Virus record (IMG/VR): IMGVR_UViG_3300020450_000017
Span: 8,965-72,964 of that record
DNA: 64,000 nucleotides
Direction: 5' to 3' (one strand)
From: a virus
This document shows positions 19,619 through 31,029 of the stretch, in pieces. Numbering within the stretch: position 1 is the stretch's first letter; every line of letters starts with the position of its first letter. The notes beneath the pieces are model-generated. The model was not told the DNA's origin. It did no database searches and worked only from the letters and a program-made list of their open reading frames with translations. The position numbers were made by a program, and so were the translations under genes.

Positions 19619-20313
19619 TGGAGAATAAGAGAAGAAAAGTACACGAAGAATTAGAAGTAGTACAAACAGGTTTTGCAAACGGTGTTGCTGAAGGTTTTCC
19701 ACTCCAACAATCAGAAAAAGATAAGATGATTGATGAAGCCGAAGTAGCATATGGTAAATTTTTAGATGCTTTAAAATGTGATTGGAGAAACGATCCCAAC
19801 TCAATGGAAACTCCAAGACGTGTTGCTAAAGCTTATGTAAATGATTTATGGGCGGGACGTTATACAGCTATGTCGCCTATAACTTCTTTTCCAAGTGATG
19901 GTTATGATGGAGTTATTATAGAAAGAAACATACCCCTTACATCTATGTGTTCCCACCACCACCAAACAATTGGGGGTGTAGTCCATATTGGGTATATTGC
20001 GGGGACAGAAGGGCAAGTAATTGGTTTATCTAAATTAAATCGTATTGTAGAATTATTTGGCCGTAGGGGGGCAATTCAAGAACAACTAACCTCTGCAATT
20101 CATAATGCTGTAGATAAGATTACTGAAGGTAATAAAGGTGTTATTGTTACAATTGTAGGTACTCACAATTGTGTTAGTTGTAGAGGTGTTAAACACCAAG
20201 GTGCAGCAATGGTTACTACCAAAGCATCAGGCGCATTTAGAGATGATACAAATCAAGCACGTAAAGAGTTCTTCGACAGCTTGAAAATTAATAATGGAGG
20301 ACACAATATTTAA
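19618..20313 (+). CDS. folE: GTP cyclohydrolase I
   Basis: ETPRRVAK, SMCSHH, IGLSKLNR, IQEQLT, HNCVSCRG. Confidence 0.95.
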   Translation: MENKRRKVHEELEVVQTGFANGVAEGFPLQQSEKDKMIDEAEVAYGKFLDALKCDWRNDPNSMETPRRVAKAYVNDLWAGRYTAMSPITSFPSDGYDGVIIERNIPLTSMCSHHHQTIGGVVHIGYIAGTEGQVIGLSKLNRIVELFGRRGAIQEQLTSAIHNAVDKITEGNKGVIVTIVGTHNCVSCRGVKHQGAAMVTTKASGAFRDDTNQARKEFFDSLKINNGGHNI

Positions 20314-20318
20314 AAGTT

Positions 20319-20468
20319 ATGTTAGAGTTTTTATACCACGCACTCGGAATTTGTGGTGAGCACGATCACCCACACTTAATTAACCTTGGCTTTTTAGCAG
20401 CTGGGGTATACGCAATCATTAAAATATCAAATAATTATGGCATATTGGCTAGCAAAAGTAAAGGTTGA
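20319..20468 (+). CDS. Small membrane peptide with GICGEHDHPH motif (49 aa, not in track)
   Basis: MLEFLYHALGICGEHDHPHLINLGFLAAGVYAIIKI...; fills the gap after folE. Confidence 0.55.
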   Translation: MLEFLYHALGICGEHDHPHLINLGFLAAGVYAIIKISNNYGILASKSKG

Positions 20469-20637
20469 AGAGGAAACCTCCCGTGGCGCTATGAGATGGA
20501 CCACTGAACAATTCCTTGTTAATGCAGAAAATGCAACAGACGCAGAAGTTAAATTAACTGAAGAATATTCATCATACCCACATGATTGGCATGTTGATCA
20601 GTTAAAGCAAATTAAACTAGTAAAAGTTATTGAGTGA
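20437..20637 (+). CDS. DUF4494-like protein
   Basis: YWLAKVKVEE...TEQFLVNAENATDAEVK resembles this Bacteroidota family. Confidence 0.6.
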   Translation: MAYWLAKVKVEEETSRGAMRWTTEQFLVNAENATDAEVKLTEEYSSYPHDWHVDQLKQIKLVKVIE

Positions 20638-21128
20638 TGAATAAAGTACCATTTGTAGATGAAGTGGAGGAATTTAATTTGTTAATGAATAAACCTAACA
20701 ATTATGAGCCCACAATACCAGAAAAAAAGGAATGGGAGTTTGTATACAACTTCGTCCTGGAAGAACTTGAGGAATATAGAGAAGCATGTGAACGAGGTGA
20801 CATCGTTGAGATTTTGGACGCTTTGTGCGACATTGCTTATGTCTCATTGGGGAATGGAACTATGTTACATGGCCTTAAGGATAAAATTTGGCCCGCTTAT
20901 CAAGAAGTACAAGCCTCTAACCTATCTAAGGCTTGCAAAACTGAAGATGAAGCACGAGAAACGGTTAAAAAGAGATCCGAAGAACAAGGTGAGCCCTGCC
21001 ACTATGAAATGGTCGGTGATAAGTATATTGTATACCGTACGCGTGACAGAAAAGTTATGAAAAATATTAATTATTTTAGACCAGACTTAAAACAGTTTTT
21101 TAATGAAAATGAATTAAAAAATGTCTGA
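20634..21128 (+). CDS. MazG-like nucleoside triphosphate pyrophosphohydrolase
   Basis: EELEEY..VEILDALCDIAYV, EVQASNLSK, DRKVMKNINYFRPDL. Confidence 0.85.
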   Translation: MMNKVPFVDEVEEFNLLMNKPNNYEPTIPEKKEWEFVYNFVLEELEEYREACERGDIVEILDALCDIAYVSLGNGTMLHGLKDKIWPAYQEVQASNLSKACKTEDEARETVKKRSEEQGEPCHYEMVGDKYIVYRTRDRKVMKNINYFRPDLKQFFNENELKNV

Positions 21129-21375
21129 TAGAGAAATAATGAATTCAAAAGGTTTTAAAAAGAATAAAATGCCAATTAATTTTGATCCAAAACAACCCAA
21201 AGTACAAGTAAAAAATATTGACCAAATGCCTGACCAAAAATGGCATCGTAGAATTTCGTTTCTTAAATCAGGAATCAGGATTGTAGGTTATGTTTTTATC
21301 CCATTTAATTTAATCGCTGCTACAGCATTACTTGTTGTAAGTGAAGTAGTAGGAATTATAGAAGAATTAGTATGA
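21121..21375 (+). CDS. Small membrane protein
   Basis: HRRISFLKSGIRIVG...SEVVGIIEELV. Confidence 0.6.
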   Translation: MSDREIMNSKGFKKNKMPINFDPKQPKVQVKNIDQMPDQKWHRRISFLKSGIRIVGYVFIPFNLIAATALLVVSEVVGIIEELV

Positions 21376-21623
21376 AAAAGTTTTTATATTTTAGTGCCCC
21401 CTGGTGTGGGCCTTGTGAACAATTAAGTCCTGTTATGGATGAACTTCATGCAGAAGGAATGACAGTCCAAAAAATTGATGTAGATTCTAACCCTGAAATT
21501 GTCCAATCATTTAATATTAGAAACGTTCCTACTGTAATTTTACAAGTAGATAACGTAGAAAAGGGAAGGAAAATTGGCCTTGCGTCAAAATCTATGTATA
21601 TTGACCTATATAATCAAGGTTAA
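21372..21623 (+). CDS. trxA: Thioredoxin
   Basis: FSAPWCGPC, IDVD, NVPT. Confidence 0.92.
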   Translation: MKKFLYFSAPWCGPCEQLSPVMDELHAEGMTVQKIDVDSNPEIVQSFNIRNVPTVILQVDNVEKGRKIGLASKSMYIDLYNQG

Positions 21624-23338
21624 TGTATAAAAATTGTTATGTTCAAAGAGGTGAAGAATGGAATCATTATAGAATCCATTTATGGACTGATGAGGGATAC
21701 TCTATAGAAGATTACCAAAATTATGGTTATTTAGAATGTACAGATAGTGCTGCTACTCATATTGGCCTTAAAGGAGAAAATCTTAAGAGGGTATTTAATT
21801 GGGAAAGAAATGACCCTCGTATGCACTATTCTGATCATACTAGGGGAAATATTCACACTAAATTTCTTATAGACAAATATGGTGATGATGATACTCCCTC
21901 GGTAACTCATAGAGAAGTATTTTTTGATATTGAGATTGAGATAGGAGGTGCTCTTACCCCTGAATATATCAAAAAAGCCCCTAAACCAGTTACTTCAATT
22001 GCCCTTTGGGATAAACAATTAGATGATTGGAAAATCATTATCCTAGATAAGGATAATAATATTGAACATACAGTTGATAAACAGGGGAGAGAAGTAATCC
22101 CTGTTAAGAGAGAATCTGATTTACTAGAAAAATTTCTTAACACATTAGAAGAGATAGAACCAGATATCCTTATAGGATATAATAGTGATTATTTCGACAT
22201 TCCTTATCTTTACTATAGAATTAAAAATACATTAGGAGATAGATATGCTAATAGAATGTCTCCTATTAAAATAGTAGAAGAACAAACATGGAATGAAGAT
22301 GTACCTATCAGAATAGCCGGAGTTACTTCTCTTGATTATATGCGCTTACATAAAAAGTATAGTTTTAAAGATGAACCATCTTTTAAATTAGATGCTTTAG
22401 GTGAAAAATATGTTGGTCAAAAGAAGATTGAATATGAAGGTTCACTTGATAGGTTATTTGCAGAGGATAAAGAAAAATTTATTGAATATAACTTTGTTGA
22501 TGTTTTAATACTTAAAAAACTAGACGAAAAATTTCAATATATTGATCTAACTAAAAACCTTGCCCATAAAGGAAAAGTGTTATATGAAGAAGTGTATTTA
22601 TCTTCTAAAATTCAGGATGGTGCTATTTCAAGTTGGTTATTATCTGAAAATATTATTCCACCTAATAAGGACTTAGACCCACTTACTAAGAAAAATTATG
22701 CAGGTGGTTATTTATTTTGCCCTAAAACAGGTATTTACAATTATATGTTTGATGAAGACCTTACATCACTATACCCTTCTATTATCATGTCTTTAAATAT
22801 AGGCAAGGAAACTTATGTAGGTAGAGTATTAGATTTATTTGATGATAGGAATAATAGATTAGGTTTAAACGACTTAGAAAAAATGGTCAACGAAGACCCC
22901 GAAAAAGAGATGCCTGTTGAAAATCTTCAACGTAAACAAAATTATATGAAGGTTAAAGATGTTATAGATACTATCAAAAAGAATAATCTATCTGTAACAG
23001 CTAATGGTGTTATGTTTAGAACAGATAAACCATCTACTCTAAATGTTATTCTGGATAAATGGTTTGATGAAAGGGTAATGTATAAGAAAGCTATGAAAAA
23101 AGCTTATAAAAATGGTAATAAAAAAGAAGGTGAATTAAATCATCTTAAGCAATATACTATGAAAATTTTGCTTAACTCACTTTATGGTGCTACCGCTTTA
23201 CCATCATTTAGGTATGGTAGTGTTATTTTATCTGAAGGCATCACACTTACAGGACAACGTATCATTCAAGAATCGGCTTTATTTGCAAATACACATATGA
23301 ATAAGGTATTACGAGGAGAATTAAAATTAGAATTATGA
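21623..23338 (+). CDS. Family B DNA polymerase, N-terminal part (exonuclease plus regions II/III)
   Basis: FFDIEI, GYNSDYFDIPYL, YNFVDV, DLTSLYPSII, KILLNSLYG; lacks YxDTDS. Confidence 0.92.
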   Translation: MYKNCYVQRGEEWNHYRIHLWTDEGYSIEDYQNYGYLECTDSAATHIGLKGENLKRVFNWERNDPRMHYSDHTRGNIHTKFLIDKYGDDDTPSVTHREVFFDIEIEIGGALTPEYIKKAPKPVTSIALWDKQLDDWKIIILDKDNNIEHTVDKQGREVIPVKRESDLLEKFLNTLEEIEPDILIGYNSDYFDIPYLYYRIKNTLGDRYANRMSPIKIVEEQTWNEDVPIRIAGVTSLDYMRLHKKYSFKDEPSFKLDALGEKYVGQKKIEYEGSLDRLFAEDKEKFIEYNFVDVLILKKLDEKFQYIDLTKNLAHKGKVLYEEVYLSSKIQDGAISSWLLSENIIPPNKDLDPLTKKNYAGGYLFCPKTGIYNYMFDEDLTSLYPSIIMSLNIGKETYVGRVLDLFDDRNNRLGLNDLEKMVNEDPEKEMPVENLQRKQNYMKVKDVIDTIKKNNLSVTANGVMFRTDKPSTLNVILDKWFDERVMYKKAMKKAYKNGNKKEGELNHLKQYTMKILLNSLYGATALPSFRYGSVILSEGITLTGQRIIQESALFANTHMNKVLRGELKLEL

Positions 23339-24255
23339 AAGAAGAAATACCATGGTGGATCTGTAATGAGGAAGATAAAAACTTCTGCACATATGTGGAT
23401 ACAGATTCTAATTATTTTCATGCTGAACCACTTTTGAAGCACTTATATCCTAATTTTTCAGAATTACCTGCTGAAGAACAGGACGATTTACTTGAAAAAA
23501 TGGCTTTAAAATACCAAGATTTAATTACAGAATATTATGATACTTTAGCTAGGGAAGCATTTAATATAGATAAACACCGTTTAGAAATGAAAACGGAGTG
23601 CACTATTCGTTCTGGTTTTTTCTCAGGTAAAAGAAGATATGCACAATATATTACTAAAAAAGAAGGTATTAAAGTAGAAGATATAGATGTTAAAGGTCTT
23701 GATTTTATGAAATCAAATTTCCCTCCCCTATTTAAAAAATTCTTTAATGGTATTTTAGATAAAATCCTATTTGGTGCTACTAGAAATGAAATCGATCAGG
23801 AAATTTTAGAGTTTAAAAATAGTTTAGATACATTACCTCTAGAGTTACTAGGTAAGCCAACAGGAGTAAAGGATATTAAAAAGTATATTGAACGTCCCCC
23901 GGGTGCTGGAAATATATTTACTACCCTTAAAACCGGGGCCCCTGTAAATGTTAAAGCAGCAGTTAGATATAACGATTTCCTTAAATTTAAGGGTTTAGAT
24001 AAAAAACACTCTCAAATAGTTGCTGGTGATAAAATCAAATGGGTTTATTTAAAAGATAATCCTTATAAAATTGATACTATGGGTTTCTTAGATTTTGATT
24101 TTCCAGAAGAAATTCGTACATTTGTAGAGCAATATATTGATAGAGATAAAGCATTTGATTCTATACTTAAAAATAAGCTAGAATCATTTTATAAAGACTT
24201 AAGTTGGGGTAGTTTAACCCTTAATACACATGTAAACAATTTTTTCTCATTCTAA
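23335..24255 (+). CDS. Family B DNA polymerase, C-terminal part (region I plus thumb)
   Basis: YVDTDS, KRRYA, VKGL, GDKIKWVYL. Confidence 0.9.
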   Translation: MKEEIPWWICNEEDKNFCTYVDTDSNYFHAEPLLKHLYPNFSELPAEEQDDLLEKMALKYQDLITEYYDTLAREAFNIDKHRLEMKTECTIRSGFFSGKRRYAQYITKKEGIKVEDIDVKGLDFMKSNFPPLFKKFFNGILDKILFGATRNEIDQEILEFKNSLDTLPLELLGKPTGVKDIKKYIERPPGAGNIFTTLKTGAPVNVKAAVRYNDFLKFKGLDKKHSQIVAGDKIKWVYLKDNPYKIDTMGFLDFDFPEEIRTFVEQYIDRDKAFDSILKNKLESFYKDLSWGSLTLNTHVNNFFSF

Positions 24256-24983
24256 TGACAGATAAAAGAATAATAGATAGTTTTATAGGCAAATACCACT
24301 TAGGGGGCAATATAGAACGAACTAAATGGGTTTCAGATGGTGAATCCCTTAAAGCTGATTTTATAAACGATTCACAAAATTTAGTAGGTAAAGTAGTATC
24401 TAAAAAATTTAAATTTCCAATAGGGGAATTTGGCATTTACAGTACTTCTACTTTAAGTAAAATGTTAGGAATCCTCGAAAACGAGGTTATGTTTGACATA
24501 ATAAAAGAGGGAGGAACACCTGCTAGGTTTAATATAGGTGATACTGCTATGGATATTAAGTTTAATTTAGCAGACCCACAAGTTATTCCTAATGTTCCTT
24601 CCATTAATAAAACAGAAGGTAATATTTATGTGGAATTAACTGAAGAATTTACTACACGTTTTATTAAATCTAAAGACGCAGTAGGCGAAGAAGTGTTTTA
24701 TGTTTCTACCCAAGACGGATTTACTTCACCTGAAGTAAAACTTACTATAGGAAATAGTACGTCTAATTCAGTATCATTTGCCGCCCATATAGAACCTGGT
24801 AGTGCTGAAGTAGAATTAGATAATATACCTTTTAATGCAGATTTAGTTAAAGAAATATTCAAACATAATAAACGCTTTGAATTAGGTTGGATGGATATAA
24901 ATCCAAAAGGATTAATGTCTTTTGCATTTAAATTTGGAGACCTAGAAAGTAATTATTATCTTGTAAGAAATCAAAATCAATAA
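24255..24983 (+). CDS. Sliding clamp (gp45-like)
   Basis: Size, position after the polymerase, EFGIYS..LSKML, C-terminal SNYYLV. Confidence 0.7.
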   Translation: MTDKRIIDSFIGKYHLGGNIERTKWVSDGESLKADFINDSQNLVGKVVSKKFKFPIGEFGIYSTSTLSKMLGILENEVMFDIIKEGGTPARFNIGDTAMDIKFNLADPQVIPNVPSINKTEGNIYVELTEEFTTRFIKSKDAVGEEVFYVSTQDGFTSPEVKLTIGNSTSNSVSFAAHIEPGSAEVELDNIPFNADLVKEIFKHNKRFELGWMDINPKGLMSFAFKFGDLESNYYLVRNQNQ

Positions 24984-24986
24984 TAA

Positions 24987-25283
24987 ATGGAAAATATCCC
25001 AATTACACCGTTGGCTGATCGTGTGTTGATCCAACCGATTGAAGCTGAAGAATCAACCTACGGGAACATTGTTGTTCCTGATATGGGTAAGGATCGTCCT
25101 GACTTTGGAAATGTACTTGCAGTTGGTCCTGGCCGTTATGACAATAATGGTAATTTGGTCCCTATGCGGGTTGAAGTAGGACAAAAAGTTATTATGCCTA
25201 AGTACGGGGCAAATACCGTAGAAATTGAAGGTGAGGAATATGTTCTTGCCTCGGAATCAGAAATTTTAGGATTTATAAATTAA
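24987..25283 (+). CDS. groES: Co-chaperonin GroES
   Basis: PLADRVLI, VLAVGPG, EGEEY. Confidence 0.95.
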   Translation: MENIPITPLADRVLIQPIEAEESTYGNIVVPDMGKDRPDFGNVLAVGPGRYDNNGNLVPMRVEVGQKVIMPKYGANTVEIEGEEYVLASESEILGFIN

Positions 25284-25286
25284 TAA

Positions 25287-26902
<1,616 letters not shown>

Positions 26903-26903
<1 letters not shown>

Positions 26904-27793
26904 TGGATTTATTTGTAGAAAAATATAGACCCCAAGATTTAAATGGGTTTGTAGGAGACGATACTATTCGTCTTAAAATCCAAGAGTACCTTAAAACAGG
27001 TAAACTACAAAATCTACTATTGTTTGGTCCAGCGGGGACAGGAAAAACCTCGCTGGCCAAACTAATAGTAGGGCAACTGGGTGCGGATCACCTTTATATT
27101 AATGCCTCAGATGAAAGGGGTATTGACACAATTAGAGATAAAATTATCCCTTTTGCTTCTAGTATTGGGTTTAATGGATTAAAAGTAGTTATATTAGATG
27201 AATCAGATTACCTCACAGCCCAAGCACAGGCAACTCTTCGAAATGTTATGGAAAGTTTCAGCGCATCCTGTAGGTTCATTCTTACTTGCAATTACCTTGA
27301 TCGTATCATTTCTCCCCTTCAGTCTCGTTGTATGGCTTTTGGAATTACTCCTCCTTCTAAAAAAGAAGTGGGACAACATGTTCTCCAAATCTGTGAAAGT
27401 GAAGGAATTAACTATACTAAGGAAGATCTGGGACAAGTAATTATTACTCATTACCCCGATATTAGAAAAATCCTTAATACCTTACAGGGCAGTTTAAAAG
27501 ATAATCAATTAGTATTAGATACTAAATCCCTTAAAAATACTGATTTTGAAAATAAAGTAGTTAATGGATTAAAAAATAAAACCCCTCTTAAAGATATAAG
27601 ACAAATGATAGCAGATAGTGGTGCTACACAATTTGAATCCTTATTTAGGTGTCTTTATGATAATGTAGAGGAATATACTACAAATATAGGTGATGCGATA
27701 ATTATAATAGCTCAGTATCAATATGAGTATGGATTTGTAGTAGATAAAGAAATCTGTATTGCCGCAATGTTAAATAAATTATTAAAGTTATGA
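26903..27793 (+). CDS. Clamp loader large subunit (gp44/RFC-like)
   Basis: VEKYRP, GPAGTGKT, INASDERGID, LDESD, LQSRC. Confidence 0.92.
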
Positions 27794-27921
27794 GTGTAAA
27801 TTCACAAAGACAAAATTATGAACAATTCCAAGAATGGTATAAGTGGTTTAATAAAAAATATAATAGGTTTCATAAACTTAGATTTAAAAAGCCTGTAAAG
27901 AAAAATTATTATAATAGCTAA
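27790..27921 (+). CDS. Small basic hypothetical protein (43 aa, not in track)
   Basis: MSVNSQRQNYEQFQEWYKWFNKKYNRF...; coupled to both neighbours. Confidence 0.5.
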   Translation: MSVNSQRQNYEQFQEWYKWFNKKYNRFHKLRFKKPVKKNYYNS

Positions 27922-28139
27922 TGCAACAACAAAATTTTAATTTAGATCTTAGCCAAACTACTCCGGTAATATGTGAAAAATGTAGGCACGAACATTTTAT
28001 TGAAGTTAACATAATACGTAAACTATCTCCTATGCTATCGCCAACAGGACAACCAGCATTAATTCCTATTCCTGTTTATGCCTGTTCTAAATGTAGTCAT
28101 GTAAATGAAGAATTCCTCCCGAAAGATGACGCCCTTTGA
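27921..28139 (+). CDS. Zn-ribbon protein
   Basis: CEKC...CSKC. Confidence 0.7.
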   Translation: MQQQNFNLDLSQTTPVICEKCRHEHFIEVNIIRKLSPMLSPTGQPALIPIPVYACSKCSHVNEEFLPKDDAL

Positions 28140-28539
28140 TTTTTTAAAATTAGTACACGATAAAAAAATTAAATGGGAAGACCTTAATGAAGACGAACAA
28201 AAAACCTATAATAAATTTATTATTAATAGGGCGTTAGGGTTTAATAATAATATGTTAGATATAGTAAATCGTTTACAAGGATATGATGTTACTCCAAAAG
28301 AATCTTTTAAATACTACCAATCTATGACTGGTAATAAATTTAGGTTTAATAAGTGGATTAAAGGAAGCAAAGAAAAATCTTTTAACTCTGAATTATTACT
28401 TAAGATTGCTAATTATCTAGAGTGTTCTAAAAAACAAGCTAGTGAATATTTAAATATTCTATCTAAAAAAGAAACTAAAAATTTACTTAAACATATAGGT
28501 TTACAAGATTCTGAAATCAAGAAATTAATGAAAAAATGA
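28105..28539 (+). CDS. Clamp loader small subunit (gp62-like); start probably 28126
   Basis: MTPFDF, YNKFIINRAL, KFRFNKWIK, YLECSKKQASEYL. Confidence 0.75.
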   Translation: MKNSSRKMTPFDFLKLVHDKKIKWEDLNEDEQKTYNKFIINRALGFNNNMLDIVNRLQGYDVTPKESFKYYQSMTGNKFRFNKWIKGSKEKSFNSELLLKIANYLECSKKQASEYLNILSKKETKNLLKHIGLQDSEIKKLMKK

Positions 28540-28892
28540 TAAATTTTAACGAAGAAGACGATGCAGCTGTAAAATGGTGTGAAGAAAAATACCCTGAATT
28601 AACCCAGGAATATAAAAAAATCATGATGGAACAGTATGTTTTGTTTTGTAAAAAACATAGGAACTATGGACCAACAAATATTAATGTAGGTACTAATCTA
28701 GAAACCGAAGCAGATATTAAATTAGCACTCACCGGCTTATGGTTTAGAATAAACGATAAAATACAGAGATTAAAAAACTTGGTTGTGCAAGGAGAACCTG
28801 ATACAGTAGGGGAACCTATAGAAGATACGCTTAAAGACCTCAGTGTGTACGGAATTATAGGCCAAATCGTACAACAAGGTAAATTTAAATGA
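28536..28892 (+). CDS. Nucleotide-modification-associated domain 1 (DUF1599-like)
   Basis: FCKKHRNYG, RINDKIQRL, EDTLKDLSVYGII. Confidence 0.75.
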   Translation: MINFNEEDDAAVKWCEEKYPELTQEYKKIMMEQYVLFCKKHRNYGPTNINVGTNLETEADIKLALTGLWFRINDKIQRLKNLVVQGEPDTVGEPIEDTLKDLSVYGIIGQIVQQGKFK

Positions 28893-29803
28893 TTTTAGAA
28901 AACGTACAGAACACAGTTGTCCCAAAAATGGATTGGGAAAAATATAAGATGGTTTCTTATACCCAATTTTCGGCATGGAGTGAATGCCCCCACAATTGGA
29001 AATTAATGTATATTGATAAACAAAAGCAACCCCCAAATATTCATTTAGCTTTTGGATCTGCTATGCATGAAACCCTCCAGGAATATCTAGACTTAATGTA
29101 TAATAAGTCTATTAGAGCCGCAGATGAATTTCCTATTTATGAAGACTTTCAAGAACGTTTCATGAAAATGTATGGTGAATATAAAGAACAAATTGGGGAT
29201 AATTTTGCAACTAAAAAAGATTTAGTTGAGTTTGTAAATGATGGGCTTAATATAATTGAATTTTTCTTGCAACGTCGCCAAATGCATTTTTCAAAACGTG
29301 GTACTAAATTACTTGGGGTTGAAATGCCTATATTAACACCACCTCATGAAAAATTTCCTGATGTTATGTTATTTGGAAAATTAGATTTAGTATTTTATGA
29401 TGAAGATTTACAAAAGGTAAGTATTTGGGATATCAAAACTTCTACTAGGGGGTGGACCAAATATGAAAAAGAAAATAAAATTAAAACCGCACAAATGGTT
29501 TTATATAAGCGTTACTTCGCCGAACAGTATAATGTTCCGGTTGAATCGATTGATTGCAAGTACTTTATCGTAAAACGTAAAATACCTAAAAATCCTAAAT
29601 ACCCAGCAATGGCTTCAAGAATACAAACATTTGAGCCTTCTTCTGGTAAAGTATCTTTAAATAGAGTAACTCGTCAGCTTCATGAATTTATTGAAAGCGT
29701 ATTTGTCGAAGGAACTAATACGTATGATATAGATAAAATAGAACAGACGCTAGCTACCACAAAAAAATGTTCTTCTAAATGGTGTGTAGCTTGTAATAGC
29801 TAA
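28889..29803 (+). CDS. PD-(D/E)XK exonuclease (RecB/Cas4-like)
   Basis: SYTQ..CP, FGSAMHE, GKLDLV, WDIKTS, QMVLY, C-terminal Cys cluster. Confidence 0.85.
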   Translation: MILENVQNTVVPKMDWEKYKMVSYTQFSAWSECPHNWKLMYIDKQKQPPNIHLAFGSAMHETLQEYLDLMYNKSIRAADEFPIYEDFQERFMKMYGEYKEQIGDNFATKKDLVEFVNDGLNIIEFFLQRRQMHFSKRGTKLLGVEMPILTPPHEKFPDVMLFGKLDLVFYDEDLQKVSIWDIKTSTRGWTKYEKENKIKTAQMVLYKRYFAEQYNVPVESIDCKYFIVKRKIPKNPKYPAMASRIQTFEPSSGKVSLNRVTRQLHEFIESVFVEGTNTYDIDKIEQTLATTKKCSSKWCVACNS

Positions 29804-29807
29804 CCCC

Positions 29808-30782
29808 ATGAAACAAAAACTATTTCCTTTTATAATCGCATTATCTGCATTATCTGTTTCGGCATCAGCTGCTTTTTATTCTGTAAGTGGATTAAGTAAA
29901 CTTTTTGCTGGAGCAGCTTTTGCTGTTATAATAATGGCTGCTTCTCTTGAGGTAGCTAAATTGGTTATAGCTTCTCTTCTTTACCAATATAGAAAAAATC
30001 TACCTAAATTACTTAAATACTACCTTTCAGTAGCTTGCCTTATATTGATATTAATTACAAGTATGGGCATTTATGGTTTTTTATCAGCTGCCTATCAAGA
30101 AACAGCAGCTAAAGCTGGTAATATAGATTCTCAAATAGCACTTATTGAAACTAAACGAGATAATATAAAAGAACAACTTGCGATATACAACGCAGAAAAA
30201 GAAACTATTAACGAGGCGGTGAGCAGTCTGAGGTCTGGCTTATCTAACAACGTAATACAGTATACTGACACATTAGGTAATGTGATTACTACAACTTCTT
30301 CGTCTACAAGACGTGCTTTAGAAAAACAACTTGACCAAGCAATAGGTAGACAAACCGAAATCAATACTAGAGTAGATGGCTTAAACCAACAATTATTTGA
30401 ATACGAAACAGAAATAGTTGAAGTAACTAGTAATGCTAATATAGCGGGTGAGTTAGGACCACTTAAATATTTATCTGGTTTAACAGGAAAACCTATGGAT
30501 CAAATTATAAACTGGCTATTATTAACTATTATATTTGTATTTGATCCTTTGGCTATTGCCCTAGTAGTTGCTGCTAACTTTGCTTTTGCACAATTAAAAA
30601 TTAAAGGTGATAAAGAACCTGAAATTAAAGTAGTAGAAAAAATAGTAGAAGTACCTATAGAGGTAGAAAAAATAGTTAAAAAAAACGTTTATGGGGAAGA
30701 AGTAGAAAAAAAATTAAAACTATTTGACCACCCTAAAATACAAACAACTATAAAACACATGAGAAGAAACGGGGATTTATAA
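29808..30782 (+). CDS. Membrane protein with coiled coil
   Basis: Three N-terminal TM helices, coiled coil, IFVFDPLAI TM. Confidence 0.7.
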   Translation: MKQKLFPFIIALSALSVSASAAFYSVSGLSKLFAGAAFAVIIMAASLEVAKLVIASLLYQYRKNLPKLLKYYLSVACLILILITSMGIYGFLSAAYQETAAKAGNIDSQIALIETKRDNIKEQLAIYNAEKETINEAVSSLRSGLSNNVIQYTDTLGNVITTTSSSTRRALEKQLDQAIGRQTEINTRVDGLNQQLFEYETEIVEVTSNANIAGELGPLKYLSGLTGKPMDQIINWLLLTIIFVFDPLAIALVVAANFAFAQLKIKGDKEPEIKVVEKIVEVPIEVEKIVKKNVYGEEVEKKLKLFDHPKIQTTIKHMRRNGDL

Positions 30783-30815
30783 TTTATGTATATGTATATG
30801 TAAACATATACAATC

Positions 30816-31007
30816 ATGGCTTTAAAATTAACATCCGTAAAATTAGAAGAACGTTTATTTGAAGACTTTAAAGTAGCTTCAATTAGGCAAAAATTTAACC
30901 TCCAAAAATTAGTAAATAGAAGTATACATCTTTATTTAACTGATGAGGAGTTTGCAAAATCCCTTCATACACACACTGATCTCACTATTAGTGGTAGTGG
31001 GTTATAA
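30816..31007 (+). CDS. Small DNA-binding protein (ribbon-helix-helix-like)
   Basis: LTSVKL..LFEDFK...LQKLVNRSIHLY, directly upstream of the glycan island. Confidence 0.55.
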   Translation: MALKLTSVKLEERLFEDFKVASIRQKFNLQKLVNRSIHLYLTDEEFAKSLHTHTDLTISGSGL

Positions 31008-31029
31008 ACAATAAAAAAGGTTTTATTTA

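Noticed and set aside
23280-23400. Intein or group I intron at the PolB split
   Set aside because: No intervening sequence, no intein terminal motifs, and the ORFs overlap by ATGA
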